From IMG/VR virus record IMGVR_UViG_2124908004_000021: 35,309 nt of DNA. One strand, given 5' to 3'. Positions 18,796 to 28,309 of the stretch are shown here, piece by piece. A model generated the notes under the pieces. That model was given only the letters and a program-made list of their open reading frames with translations, made no database searches and had not been told where the DNA came from. Every line of letters starts with the position of its first letter. Positions within the stretch are counted from its first letter, which is position 1. A program made the position numbers and the translations under genes. The stretch comes from an uncultured virus (IMG/VR IMGVR_UViG_2124908004_000021) (lineage: Duplodnaviria > Heunggongvirae > Uroviricota > Caudoviricetes).

Positions 18796-21762
18796 TTGGC
18801 GGCAAGCATCAAGGGCATAACCATAGAAATCGGCGCGAACACGACGGGACTCGGCAAGGCGCTCGAGGACGTCAACAAAAAATCGCGCAGTCTTCAGAGC
18901 GAACTAAAACAAGTGGATTCCCTCCTCAAGCTCAATCCGGGTAACGCGGAACTCGTAGCCCAGAAGCAGGAACTGCTCGCCAACGCGGTAGCCAACGCGA
19001 AGGAAAAGCTGGAAACGCTCCGGGCAGCTCAGGCGCAGGTCGAGCAGCAGTTTGCAGGCGCCAAGATATCTGACGAACAGTACCGGGCGTTTACCCGTGA
19101 GGTCGCCAAGGCCGAAGGTGAGGTCAATAAGTTTGAGCAGGAACTTGGTCAGCTTGGTTCCGCTGCTGAGCAGACCGATGACAAGGTCGCTGACGTCGGA
19201 GATAAGGCTCAGGCTGCCGGAAGAGATATGGACACGGCAGCTGAAAAGACTGGCAAGTTTTCGGGCGCCCTCTCTAACATCGCAGGCGGCATCGGGAAAG
19301 CCGCCGCAGCCGGGATTGTCGCGGTAGGCGCGGCTGCCGCGGCCGCCGGGACTGCCGTGGTTAAAATGACGCTGGACGCGGGCGAAGCAGCGGACGAGCT
19401 GATTACGCTGTCCAATAAAACGGGCATCAGCACGAAAACGCTGCAGGAGATGGAGTACGCCGCTCGGTTTGTGGATGTTCCGCTTGAAACCATGACGGAT
19501 TCTATGTTCAAACTCACCAAGAGCATGGACACCGCCAGAGGCGGTACGGGAGCACAGGCCGACGCGTTCAAAGCCCTCGGCGTATCAACCACTAACGCAG
19601 ACGGAAGTTTGAAAAACAGCAAGCAGGTGTGGCTGGACACTATCGACGCGCTGGGCAGGGTAACGAACGAAACCGAACGCGACGCGCTGGCCATGCAGCT
19701 TTTCGGGAAGAACGCCAAGGAGCTCAATCCCCTGATCGCTGCTGGGTCGGACGAATTGTCCCGGTTGGCAGACGAAGCGAACGAACTGGGTGTGGTACTG
19801 AGCGACGAAAGCGTCACTGCGCTCGGGGATTTCGACGACAAGATGCAGCGGCTTAAAGCTACGGGCACTGCGTTGACGCAGACTCTGGGAGCAGCGGTCG
19901 CGCCTGCTTTGGGCGTGCTGGCGGATAACCTTCGCGTTGTGGCGACATCCGTGACCGAAGCGATTCAGAGCGGCGACTGGAGCAAGGTCGGTGACAGCGT
20001 GTCAGCCATGCTCACGGATATCGGAAGCCGTATTACCAATGCGCTGCCGCAGATTGCCGAGCAAGGCGCGAAAATCATCGGGAGTCTGGCCGCCACGGTT
20101 GTCGAAAGCCTGCCTCAGGTGCTACCCGCGCTGCTGTCCGCTGCACTGGAAATATTTCAGAGTATTATCAGCGCTATTGCTGCGAACGGCCCGGCGCTGG
20201 CGGGAATGGTCGTAGACATGGTATCACAACTCGCCGGGTTCATACTCAAAAACCTGCCGGTGGTACTAGCGGCGGGCATCCAGATATTGATTGCGCTTAT
20301 ACAGGGCATCGCGCAGAGCATACCCCAGCTGATACCGGCGATTGTGACGGCAATCACGCAAATCATACAGACGCTGGTTGCGAACCTGCCACTGATTATA
20401 CAGGCCGGGCTGCAACTTCTGCTGGCGTTGGTTCAGGGTATTGTTGATAACCTGCCAGCGTTAATAGCTGCTATCGTCGGAATGATTCCCTTGGTCGTGC
20501 AGACCATACTGGAAAGCCTGCCGCAGATTATTGAGGCGGGAATTCAGATGCTGCTGGCCATTATCAACGGCATTGTCACCGCTCTACCCATGCTGATACA
20601 AGCCATCATAGACATGATCCCGATGGTAATAACGGCCATTGTGGAGAACCTGCCGCTGATCATTGAAGCGGGTATCCAGATGCTGGTANNNNNNNNNNNN
20701 NNNNNNNNNNNNNNNNNNNNNNNNNNNNNNNNNNNNNNNNNNNNNNNNNNNNNNNNNNNNNNNNNNNNNNNNNNNNNNNNNNNNNNNNNNNNNNNNNNNN
20801 NNNNNNNNNNNNNNNNNNNNNNNNNNNNNNNNNNNNNNNNNNNNNNNNNNNNNNNNNNNNNNNNNNNNNNNNNNNNNNNNNNNNNNNNNNNNNNNNNNNN
20901 NNNNNNNNNNNNNNNNNNNNNNNNNNNNNNNNNNNNNNNNNNNNNNNNNNNNNNNNNNNNNNNNNNNNNNNNNNNNNNNNNNNNNNNNNNNNNNNNNNNN
21001 NNNNNNNNNNNNNNNNNNNNNNNNNNNNNNNNNNNNNNGATACTCGGTATTGTTGAAGCCATTCCGCAGCTGATCGATTGCATAATTGAGATGATACCGA
21101 AGATCGTCAAAGCCATTGTGGACAACCTGCCCAAGATCATCGAAGCGGGTATTAAAATCATCATGGCTGTCATTAAAGGTATCATAGAGGCCATTCCTCA
21201 GCTGATTCAGGGCATCATCGACATGATCCCGCAGATTGTGAAGGCCATCATCGACAACCTGCCGCTTATTATACAAGCAGGTATTGATATCGTATGGGGG
21301 CTGATCAAAGGAATCGGCGAGGCAGCTTGGAACCTGATCAAAGCTGCCGGAGATCTGGCGTGGAATTTCATCAAGGGTATATGGGAAGGTATTAAATCGG
21401 CAGCGGACTGGTTGTGGCAGAAGATATCCGGGTTCTTCAACGGCATCGTGGACGGTGTCAAAAACCTGCTGGGGATTCACTCGCCCTCAGTCGTGTTCGC
21501 GGGAATCGGAAAGAACATGGGCCTTGGACTGGCGGAAGGTATTACGGGAAGTGTATCGCTGGTCGACCGCGCGATGGACAGACTCAACGCCGCAGTCGAC
21601 AGCGCGAAAGCGGAAATCGCAATCGGCGGGCAATTTGCAGGCAACGCACCTGTTGCCGCCGGGAACAGCGTGACACTGAACATTCAAACGTCAACGCTTG
21701 ACGAGGGACAGATCGCCATGCTGGTCAATGTGGTCAATCGCAGGCTTGGCCTGGCGTATTAA
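18796..21762 (+). CDS. Tape measure protein, spanning N gap 20689-21038
   Basis: IKGITIEIG..TTGL, Ala-rich helical body, 11/44-residue repeats (LPQIIEAGIQML / LPLIIEAGIQML), GIHSPS. Confidence 0.92.
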   Translation: MAASIKGITIEIGANTTGLGKALEDVNKKSRSLQSELKQVDSLLKLNPGNAELVAQKQELLANAVANAKEKLETLRAAQAQVEQQFAGAKISDEQYRAFTREVAKAEGEVNKFEQELGQLGSAAEQTDDKVADVGDKAQAAGRDMDTAAEKTGKFSGALSNIAGGIGKAAAAGIVAVGAAAAAAGTAVVKMTLDAGEAADELITLSNKTGISTKTLQEMEYAARFVDVPLETMTDSMFKLTKSMDTARGGTGAQADAFKALGVSTTNADGSLKNSKQVWLDTIDALGRVTNETERDALAMQLFGKNAKELNPLIAAGSDELSRLADEANELGVVLSDESVTALGDFDDKMQRLKATGTALTQTLGAAVAPALGVLADNLRVVATSVTEAIQSGDWSKVGDSVSAMLTDIGSRITNALPQIAEQGAKIIGSLAATVVESLPQVLPALLSAALEIFQSIISAIAANGPALAGMVVDMVSQLAGFILKNLPVVLAAGIQILIALIQGIAQSIPQLIPAIVTAITQIIQTLVANLPLIIQAGLQLLLALVQGIVDNLPALIAAIVGMIPLVVQTILESLPQIIEAGIQMLLAIINGIVTALPMLIQAIIDMIPMVITAIVENLPLIIEAGIQMLVXXXXXXXXXXXXXXXXXXXXXXXXXXXXXXXXXXXXXXXXXXXXXXXXXXXXXXXXXXXXXXXXXXXXXXXXXXXXXXXXXXXXXXXXXXXXXXXXXXXXXXXXXXXXXXXXXXXXXILGIVEAIPQLIDCIIEMIPKIVKAIVDNLPKIIEAGIKIIMAVIKGIIEAIPQLIQGIIDMIPQIVKAIIDNLPLIIQAGIDIVWGLIKGIGEAAWNLIKAAGDLAWNFIKGIWEGIKSAADWLWQKISGFFNGIVDGVKNLLGIHSPSVVFAGIGKNMGLGLAEGITGSVSLVDRAMDRLNAAVDSAKAEIAIGGQFAGNAPVAAGNSVTLNIQTSTLDEGQIAMLVNVVNRRLGLAY

Positions 21763-21776
21763 GGGGGGGCGGATAA

Positions 21777-22631
21777 ATGCACAGAAGGTTTTATCTGGAG
21801 AATGGACAAAATCAGCGGTTTAACCTGCAAGACCTAAAGAATGGTGCCCTCCTCGTCTCACCCGCCGGGCTGGGTCTGTCTATGTCGCACGGGTATGAAT
21901 TGACCGGAGATGCGGCACGTGTGGTCAGCGAAGTGTATCCGCTCCGTTCGTTCACCGGCGTGGTGGTTTTTGACGGGACGCGGGCTTATGACGGGTATCG
22001 CGCGCTGGTCAACTTCATCGCCGCATCCGGTGTCATGCGGCTCGTTTACGCGCCGGGGTATGAAAACGCAAGTGGCGAGTTCCTCGCGGATGCCGAGGTG
22101 GAAAGTGTAGCCAAGAGCGAAATCAAGAGCGGCCGGATGGAATGCGACGTATCCATCACCTTGAAAGGCGCTTGGTACAAGCGGGAAAGCCTTCGCGTAG
22201 TTGCTGAAAAAACCGGTGATGAACTTCGGTACGACCGGATGTATGAATATGCGTACAGCGATGTTTCAACCGACGCTATCGAGATTTACAACGACGGACA
22301 TTTCGAAGCGCCGGTCATGCTCGAAGCTGAAGGAGAACTGGTCAACCCTCGGTTGTCGCTTTATGTAAACGGTGTACTGCGTTCGCAACTGGCGGTAACG
22401 GCGGTGATCGAGATCGGGGAAACGCTTGTGTTTTGTACAAAGGATGATGAGCTTACACTAATGAAGCGATTGCCGGATGGCAGCGAAGAGAGCCTGATCG
22501 GCTGTATCTCAGTCGAGAACGATAACTTCTTTAAACTGCCGAAAGGGCTGTCAACGCTCAGCCTGAGTGCGGACAACGAAATCAGTTCAAAGTCAGTCAT
22601 TACGGTGTTTACGGCATACAAGGCGGTGTAG
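21777..22631 (+). CDS. Distal tail (Dit)-like protein
   Basis: Directly after tape measure; NDGHFEAPV, NPRL, FFKLPKG. Confidence 0.72.
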   Translation: MHRRFYLENGQNQRFNLQDLKNGALLVSPAGLGLSMSHGYELTGDAARVVSEVYPLRSFTGVVVFDGTRAYDGYRALVNFIAASGVMRLVYAPGYENASGEFLADAEVESVAKSEIKSGRMECDVSITLKGAWYKRESLRVVAEKTGDELRYDRMYEYAYSDVSTDAIEIYNDGHFEAPVMLEAEGELVNPRLSLYVNGVLRSQLAVTAVIEIGETLVFCTKDDELTLMKRLPDGSEESLIGCISVENDNFFKLPKGLSTLSLSADNEISSKSVITVFTAYKAV

Positions 22632-22633
22632 TA

Positions 22634-23629
22634 ATGCAGGCATATATCATATCCAAAACAGATTTTAAGATAAAACACGCGGCGGTTCTCATTAGTTATG
22701 AACTCAACGAGGATGCGGCTACAGCCGCGCAGAGCGGATTCGGATTTGCTTCTACCTCGAACGCAGGCGCTGGCGATTACATTCTGCTCAGAGGTCTATA
22801 TACCGGAATCATATGCGGCGTGGAAACGGACAAAAAGACATCTGAGGTGACGCTGCGGGCGCTGCCGGTAAGCAGCATCTTCTCAAGAAGCATCTTGCTG
22901 GGGAGCGCTGAAGCAATAACTGAAAACTATATTCTATCTGCCATTGATGATAACTTCGTGTCGTCAGGTGATGCTTTTTCGGACATACCGTATATCGCTG
23001 CAGCGGCAATTACCCAGACAGCTCTGGGGATCACGCCGCATAATGACAACGGAATATATAACTTGGACACGTTCCTGCGGTACGCCGCCAGCCGTTATCA
23101 TATATTTTCGGATTTTGATATAACTAGGCATTCGCTGAACGTCAGTGTTGAGAACCGCATACCGCCTCTGCGGATTATTGACGCAACCGTTGCGGATGTG
23201 CTGACGCTCAGTGAAACGGTGGTTTCCGAATGCGTTTCCAAGGTCACGGTGAAAACATCAGTCGGGGTAACAACATATTACTTGTTTGAGGACGGCAGTT
23301 TCGGTACAAACCCCGTAGCTGGTACCCGGATGCGGGGAAAAACAGATACGGTTTACTGCGAGAATGCAGCGGACGCGGAAAAATCAGCCGGTGATGTGTT
23401 TGCCAAGAACAAATTCAGCCACCTGATCGAAGCAGAAATCCTATCAGAATCGAGGCTGTACGACACCGCTAATATGCGACTGTACGACCGGGCACTGGTT
23501 CGGACAAAGACCGGTGTCTACGACACATATATCAGTTTTATCAGCAGAAAGAGCACCGCCAAAACGGTGCTTTTTAAGTTCGGGGACGCTAGGTTGACGC
23601 TCACCGACAAACTCAAGGGAGGGATTTGA
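22634..23629 (+). CDS. Tail tip / baseplate hub (Tal-position) protein
   Basis: Position after Dit; 331 aa; C-terminal FKFGDARLTLTDKL. Confidence 0.6.
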   Translation: MQAYIISKTDFKIKHAAVLISYELNEDAATAAQSGFGFASTSNAGAGDYILLRGLYTGIICGVETDKKTSEVTLRALPVSSIFSRSILLGSAEAITENYILSAIDDNFVSSGDAFSDIPYIAAAAITQTALGITPHNDNGIYNLDTFLRYAASRYHIFSDFDITRHSLNVSVENRIPPLRIIDATVADVLTLSETVVSECVSKVTVKTSVGVTTYYLFEDGSFGTNPVAGTRMRGKTDTVYCENAADAEKSAGDVFAKNKFSHLIEAEILSESRLYDTANMRLYDRALVRTKTGVYDTYISFISRKSTAKTVLFKFGDARLTLTDKLKGGI

Positions 23630-24289
23630 TTGTCAATTCGGGCAGTAACATTCGATAAGCAGAAAGTCAAGTCACAGGACGATGGGCTCTGCCACACGCT
23701 GGCCATGGTGAACAAGTCCTGTGTCATATCCGGGTGCGTAGTGGCGCAGGACGGTGCGTCCGCTGTGAGCATCGGCGTCGGTGTGCTCTTTGCCTGCGGC
23801 AGGCTGGTTTATGTCACCTCGACGGAGAGCATCGGCATCCCGTCCGTTCCGGCGGGCCAGACGCTGTACATGCGCGTAGTGTTTGAGGTAAATCTCAACC
23901 AGACCAATACCGACATCGAGTTCATGCAGGGCAGCTTCAAGGTGTTGACGGATTCCTCCACTTACCCTGCCCTCACTCAGGATGATGTCAACACGGGCGG
24001 CACGTTGCACCAAATGTCGTTCATCAAACTTCGGGCAGATTCAACGGGTATCGTCACCGGTAGCTTTTCAGACGAGCGCACGCTTATTTATTCCGTCGCC
24101 AGTTTGAAGCAGGATATCGATGGCAAAGCAGATGCCAGTCATACGCATACCACGCTGGCGGCGCTTGAAGTTACAGGCAACGTGGGAACGGACGACTTAC
24201 AGGTCGTCAACGTATACATCTATTCCGGCACGACGCCTTCGGTTTCAGGCAAACCCAACGGCACTCTGTTTGTCAAATACGTGCCTTAA
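23630..24289 (+). CDS. Baseplate / fibre-attachment protein
   Basis: GVLFACGR, LTQDDVN, KADASHTH fibre-type motif; TTG start after GGGAGG. Confidence 0.6.
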   Translation: MSIRAVTFDKQKVKSQDDGLCHTLAMVNKSCVISGCVVAQDGASAVSIGVGVLFACGRLVYVTSTESIGIPSVPAGQTLYMRVVFEVNLNQTNTDIEFMQGSFKVLTDSSTYPALTQDDVNTGGTLHQMSFIKLRADSTGIVTGSFSDERTLIYSVASLKQDIDGKADASHTHTTLAALEVTGNVGTDDLQVVNVYIYSGTTPSVSGKPNGTLFVKYVP

Positions 24290-24302
24290 GGAGGTGTAAA
24301 TT

Positions 24303-25493
24303 ATGGCGGGGCCATTTCGTTCAAACAGTTCAGCTAGCACGACGATGACGGTCAACTTGTCCGTTTGGCGTAACGGGCCGGACAGTCCGTCTACCTTTGC
24401 ATACGCCACGGTCAGCTGGTCGGCAACACTCGGCAGTGCAACCAGTCTTGGTTCGGGAAGCAACCGGACGCTCTATATCTACAGGTCGGACGGCGCGCTA
24501 CTGGGCAGCGCTGTTATAAAAAATGGCGTCGCATGGAACTCCAGCACCACCTATTCGGGCAGCTTCAATATCAGTTTTGATGCCGGAACGTATAATGCGT
24601 TTACGTGGGATCTGTATATCCAAAGCTCGGCGGAGGGTACGCAGTCCTGCATCTGGACAAACAGAAGCTACTGTACGAATTTTTCTGTCTCCTGGCCGCT
24701 GTATTACAGCTATGCAACGGCACCGACTTCTTTGTCGCTGTCGCCCGGCGTATTTGAAAACACGGTGCGGCTGTCGTGGAGCGGTGCCGCGTCAGGCGTT
24801 AACAACGGTATATCAACTTATCACTGCTATTACCAGTACTCGGACAACTCCGGCAGTTCGTGGTCGGGAGAAACAGGTGTGGACTCGGGCGGAGCCGGAT
24901 ACATTGATGTCAATACAGCTTCATGGCCGCGCGGCAGGCTGATCCGGTTCCATGTCTACTCCATTTCAAGCTACAACAACCCTTTGTCGGGATATTCGGG
25001 TACGGCTCTGAAGAACCGTATTCCGAACACACCGACCGGGACGCCGACTACGAACAAGAGTATATATTCGCCGGGCGAAACGGTAACGGTGACGTTTACG
25101 CCGCCTAGCCCACGAGACCCTGATTCCGGTACCGCCGGGGACATTGCCGGGTACGAGGTAAAAATGCAGTACCCTGATGGGTCGGAATACAACACTGGGC
25201 AGATCATGGGAACAAACGCGTCCGGGTCGGCGACATCGGTCAGTGTATCTACAACGGGCTGGACAGCTGGACTGCAATGGAAGTTCCTTGTGAGGGGCTA
25301 TGACGCGTACGGTGTCAGAGGCAGCTGGTCGGCGGCAACCGCGCTTGTGCTGATCGGTACTCCGATGAAAGTTCTGGTATCAGGATCACTTAAGAGCGTG
25401 GCTGAACAGCAGGTACTGGTGAACGGCGTTCTAAAGCAGGTAAGCGAAGTAAAAGTGCTGGTGGACGGCGTATTAAAAAGTTTAACGGTTTAG
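24303..25493 (+). CDS. Putative receptor-binding/fibre protein with FN3/Ig-like domains
   Basis: Ser/Thr/Gly-rich beta protein; APTSLSL..VRLSWS, PNTP..VTVTF..YEVKM..FLVRGYDAYG; C-terminal triple 14-aa repeat. Confidence 0.62.
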   Translation: MAGPFRSNSSASTTMTVNLSVWRNGPDSPSTFAYATVSWSATLGSATSLGSGSNRTLYIYRSDGALLGSAVIKNGVAWNSSTTYSGSFNISFDAGTYNAFTWDLYIQSSAEGTQSCIWTNRSYCTNFSVSWPLYYSYATAPTSLSLSPGVFENTVRLSWSGAASGVNNGISTYHCYYQYSDNSGSSWSGETGVDSGGAGYIDVNTASWPRGRLIRFHVYSISSYNNPLSGYSGTALKNRIPNTPTGTPTTNKSIYSPGETVTVTFTPPSPRDPDSGTAGDIAGYEVKMQYPDGSEYNTGQIMGTNASGSATSVSVSTTGWTAGLQWKFLVRGYDAYGVRGSWSAATALVLIGTPMKVLVSGSLKSVAEQQVLVNGVLKQVSEVKVLVDGVLKSLTV

Positions 25494-25506
25494 GGGGGAA
25501 TGAGAT

Positions 25507-25833
25507 TTGCTTGAGTTTATAACTCAATACTGGCTGGAAGCCCTGTTCGGATTAATCCTGACAGGGCTTTCACTTTTCGCACGGCATTTGTTCCGGGACG
25601 CAAAGAATTCTCGCCGTGCCGCTGATGCGGTACAGGCAGGTATCCGGTGCATGCTGCGTGACAGGATCATCCGCTGTTATGAGGACTACATCGAGCTTGG
25701 ATGCTGCCCTTTGTCCGTCCGTGAAAGCACGCAGGAAATGCACACGGCGTACAAGGCATTGGGCGGTAACGGCGCTGTCGACCATATCATCGCGGAGATG
25801 AACGAACTACCCACGATTAAAAAGGAGGAGTAA
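25507..25833 (+). CDS. Small membrane protein of the lysis cassette (holin-like)
   Basis: N-terminal [16 protein letters not shown] motif; directly upstream of the endolysin. Confidence 0.65.
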   Translation: MLEFITQYWLEALFGLILTGLSLFARHLFRDAKNSRRAADAVQAGIRCMLRDRIIRCYEDYIELGCCPLSVRESTQEMHTAYKALGGNGAVDHIIAEMNELPTIKKEE

Positions 25834-25837
25834 TCGA

Positions 25838-26554
25838 ATGAACAACAATGAACTGGTACGGGAAATTCTGAAAATGGCCGGTTTTGATAACCCGATCGAG
25901 AAAGACACCGGCGGGATCACTTATCACAAAGATCGTTGGGGGTATGTGCTGGGAGGGCAGGGCGAGCTTTACACTGAGGAACTCGCGAAGAAGTGGGCTG
26001 GTATCAAGAGGTCAGGAAAGACCTCTGTGTATTTTCTGACGAGCGCGAAGCAATGGTATTCGCCGCCCCGGCGCATCGTGGACTGCTCAGGTCTCATCGT
26101 GCAGGCAATTCGGACGTTTATACCCGATTACACTGACCGGAGCGCAAACACCTTCAAGGCGCAGTTCGCAAAGTCAGACGCAATCGCTACTATCCCTGAA
26201 ACGGCAGGTCTTGCGGTCTGGAAGGACGGGCATATCGGCATCTATCTGGGCAACGGCAAGGTGTGCGAGAGCCGTGGTGTGGCCTATGGTGTTGTAATTT
26301 CCAATCTTAATACGCAGAAATGGACGCATTTCGGGAAAATCAAGGGTGTTGAATACGATGATGCATACGTTGTGTTCAGGAAGGAAACCCCGCCTGTGAC
26401 ATATCTGGTCTACACCGTAAAGAGGGGCGACACGCTGTGGGGTATCGCGAAGAAATATGGGTCAAGCATTGACGCGCTTGCAAAACTGAACAACCTGAAA
26501 AACCCGTCGCTCATTTTTGCGGGGCAAAAGATCAAAATCAAGGAGGAAAAATAA
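25838..26554 (+). CDS. Endolysin: NlpC/P60-like Cys-His peptidase plus LysM
   Basis: [16 protein letters not shown]; Lys[37 protein letters not shown]. Confidence 0.85.
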   Translation: MNNNELVREILKMAGFDNPIEKDTGGITYHKDRWGYVLGGQGELYTEELAKKWAGIKRSGKTSVYFLTSAKQWYSPPRRIVDCSGLIVQAIRTFIPDYTDRSANTFKAQFAKSDAIATIPETAGLAVWKDGHIGIYLGNGKVCESRGVAYGVVISNLNTQKWTHFGKIKGVEYDDAYVVFRKETPPVTYLVYTVKRGDTLWGIAKKYGSSIDALAKLNNLKNPSLIFAGQKIKIKEEK

Positions 26555-26733
26555 ATGGAACAATCGAGATGGAAAAGCCCGGTGGCATGGAGCGCCCTAG
26601 CAGCGCTTCTTTTTTCGTAGTCAAAACATGGTTCGGGTTTGAAATACCCGGCTGGGATCAGTTCATATCCCTGGCCATTGCCGCCGGTGTGGCATTCGGT
26701 ATCTTCAACAACCCGGAGAACAAAGACGGTTTT
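26555..26733 (+). pseudogene. Two-TM holin, frameshifted at T6 run 26610-26615 (real lesion or sequencing error); 3' end at N gap
   Basis: MEQSRWKSPVAWSALAALLF then stop; one extra T gives FVVKTWFGFEIPGWDQFISLAIAAGVAFGIFNNPENKDGF; AAGGAGG RBS. Confidence 0.7.
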
Positions 26734-26841
26734 NNNNNNNNNNNNNNNNNNNNNNNNNNNNNNNNNNNNNNNNNNNNNNNNNNNNNNNNNNNNNNNNNNN
26801 NNNNNNNNNNNNNNNNNNNNNNNNNNNNNNNNNNNCTCGTT

Positions 26842-26863
26842 GATTTTTGCTTATCAGCGGGAG
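26842..26863 (+). promoter_or_regulatory. Candidate motif A, copy 2
   Basis: GATTTTTGCTTATCAGCGGGAG, similar to 519-540; upstream part lost in N gap. Confidence 0.35.
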
Positions 26864-26875
26864 GTGCTATGTTTT

Positions 26876-27268
26876 ATGACAAAAACACAGAAAGCCCTGA
26901 TCGCCCGTATGCGGCGTGATGGCTTCAGCTATTCGAAGATATCGGCTGAGCTAAGTATACCCGTGAGCACGATAAAGTCCTTCTGCCAGGCCAACGACCT
27001 GGGCGGCATCCCGGTAGCCGACGTAAAAATCTGCCGCAATTGTGGAGCCAAGCTGAGACCTTCATCGCAATCCGCTGTTAAACGGTTCTGCTCGGATGCT
27101 TGCCGTGCGACATGGTGGAAGGAGCACCCTGATGAGATAAACCGGAAAGCTATCCGCAAAATTGTCTGTGCCCATTGCGGGAACGAGTTTAAAGCCTACA
27201 TAAACGGCAGTCGTAAATTCTGTTCCCATTCCTGTTATGCCAAGTCAAAGGTGGTGCGCCATGGGTAA
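26876..27268 (+). CDS. HTH plus double zinc-finger protein, paralogue 1
   Basis: GFSYSKISAELSIPVSTIKSFC; CRNC..FCSDAC; CAHC..FCSHSC; GGGAGGTG RBS. Confidence 0.82.
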   Translation: MTKTQKALIARMRRDGFSYSKISAELSIPVSTIKSFCQANDLGGIPVADVKICRNCGAKLRPSSQSAVKRFCSDACRATWWKEHPDEINRKAIRKIVCAHCGNEFKAYINGSRKFCSHSCYAKSKVVRHG

Positions 27269-27416
27269 GGAGGAGGCACTCATCCACTATACGACGGCCA
27301 TGATTATATTCAAAAAGTTCCTTTCTTGCGGCGTGATAACCGAGGAAGAATTTCACCAAATTGATGAAGTTCTGACCCAAAAATATGGTTTATCAACGCA
27401 GAGTATTTATCGCTGA
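27261..27416 (+). CDS. 51-aa SHOCT-like peptide (not in ORF track)
   Basis: MGKEEALIHYTTAMIIFKKFLSCGVITEEEFHQIDEVLTQKYGLSTQSIYR; G.ITEEEF SHOCT signature; overlaps the upstream stop. Confidence 0.78.
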   Translation: MGKEEALIHYTTAMIIFKKFLSCGVITEEEFHQIDEVLTQKYGLSTQSIYR

Positions 27417-27421
27417 AATGC

Positions 27422-27450
27422 TTGATAAACCAGGCATTTAGAGCGAATAT
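27422..27450 (+). promoter_or_regulatory. Candidate promoter motif B, copy 2 (start of recombinase operon)
   Basis: TTGATA-N12-AGAGCGAATAT, then AAAGGAGG RBS. Confidence 0.45.
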
Positions 27451-27476
27451 ACGATGACGAAAGGAGGCATTGATTA

Positions 27477-27899
27477 ATGAAAATGAAATCAAGGCAAAAA
27501 GAACAGATCAGGCAGCTTCGTGCTGAAGGACAGAGTTATAAACGGATCGCCGGTTTGCTTAGCGTGCCCGTAAGCACAATTGCATCCCACTGCCATCGCA
27601 ATAATCTGACCGGAATGATGGCGTCTGTCTATGACAGTCCGGGCTACTGTCGAACTTGCGGGAAAAGGCTAAAGCGCTCCTCGCAGTCCGCTGTAAAGAA
27701 GTTTTGTTCCGACAAGTGCCGGATGAAATGGTGGAAGGCCCACCCCGAAAAGCTCAACCGGAAGGCTGTTCACACCGTTCGGTGCGCCCAGTGCGACACC
27801 GAGTTTGTGTGTTACACCAGCGCAAAGCGGATTTACTGTTCACGCAAATGCGCAGCCACTCACCGATACCAAAGGAATGACGGAGGTGGCGCCAAGTGA
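27477..27899 (+). CDS. HTH plus double zinc-finger protein, paralogue 2
   Basis: GQSYKRIAGLLSVPVSTIASHC; CRTC..FCSDKC; CAQC..YCSRKC. Confidence 0.82.
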   Translation: MKMKSRQKEQIRQLRAEGQSYKRIAGLLSVPVSTIASHCHRNNLTGMMASVYDSPGYCRTCGKRLKRSSQSAVKKFCSDKCRMKWWKAHPEKLNRKAVHTVRCAQCDTEFVCYTSAKRIYCSRKCAATHRYQRNDGGGAK

Positions 27900-28309
27900 A
27901 AAAAGTACATGAACAAATCAAAAAACTCAGGGAAGCCGGATGCGGCTATGGAGAAATCGCAAGGGTTCTCAGCATTTCTGAAAACACGGTCAAGTCTTAC
28001 TGCCAAAGACACGGCCTCGCCGGTTTCAGGTCGAATACGGTGCTTGAGGGTATTTACTGCCGGTTTTGCTTCAAAGCCATCGAACAGACTAAGAGGCGTA
28101 GACAGAGGAAGTTCTGCTCGGATAAATGCCGCTCGAAATGGTGGAATGCCCATCCGGAATTGGTGAACCGCAAGACCATCTACCACTTTATATGTCCGGT
28201 GTGCGGAAATGATTTTGTAAGCTACGGCAACGCAGGGCGTAAGTTCTGCTCCCACGAATGCTACATCGCCCAACGCTTCTCTGATGGGAAGAGGAGGGAT
28301 GACGAATGA
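27896..28309 (+). CDS. HTH plus double zinc-finger protein, paralogue 3
   Basis: GCGYGEIARVLSISENTVKSYC; CRFC..FCSDKC; CPVC..FCSHEC; GTGA coupling. Confidence 0.82.
   Translation: MKKVHEQIKKLREAGCGYGEIARVLSISENTVKSYCQRHGLAGFRSNTVLEGIYCRFCFKAIEQTKRRRQRKFCSDKCRSKWWNAHPELVNRKTIYHFICPVCGNDFVSYGNAGRKFCSHECYIAQRFSDGKRRDDE

Noticed and set aside
20230..21300. Tandem repeats in the tape measure gene as a novel array
   Set aside because: Ordinary 11/44-residue tape measure periodicity, which also explains the gap
24303..25493. Diversity-generating retroelement or invertible tail-fibre cassette
   Set aside because: No reverse transcriptase, no template/variable repeat pair, and no inverted fibre segments seen
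26876..28309. Calling the three paralogues sigma factors
   Set aside because: Only a short HTH is present, with no sigma region 2; the rest is zinc fingers
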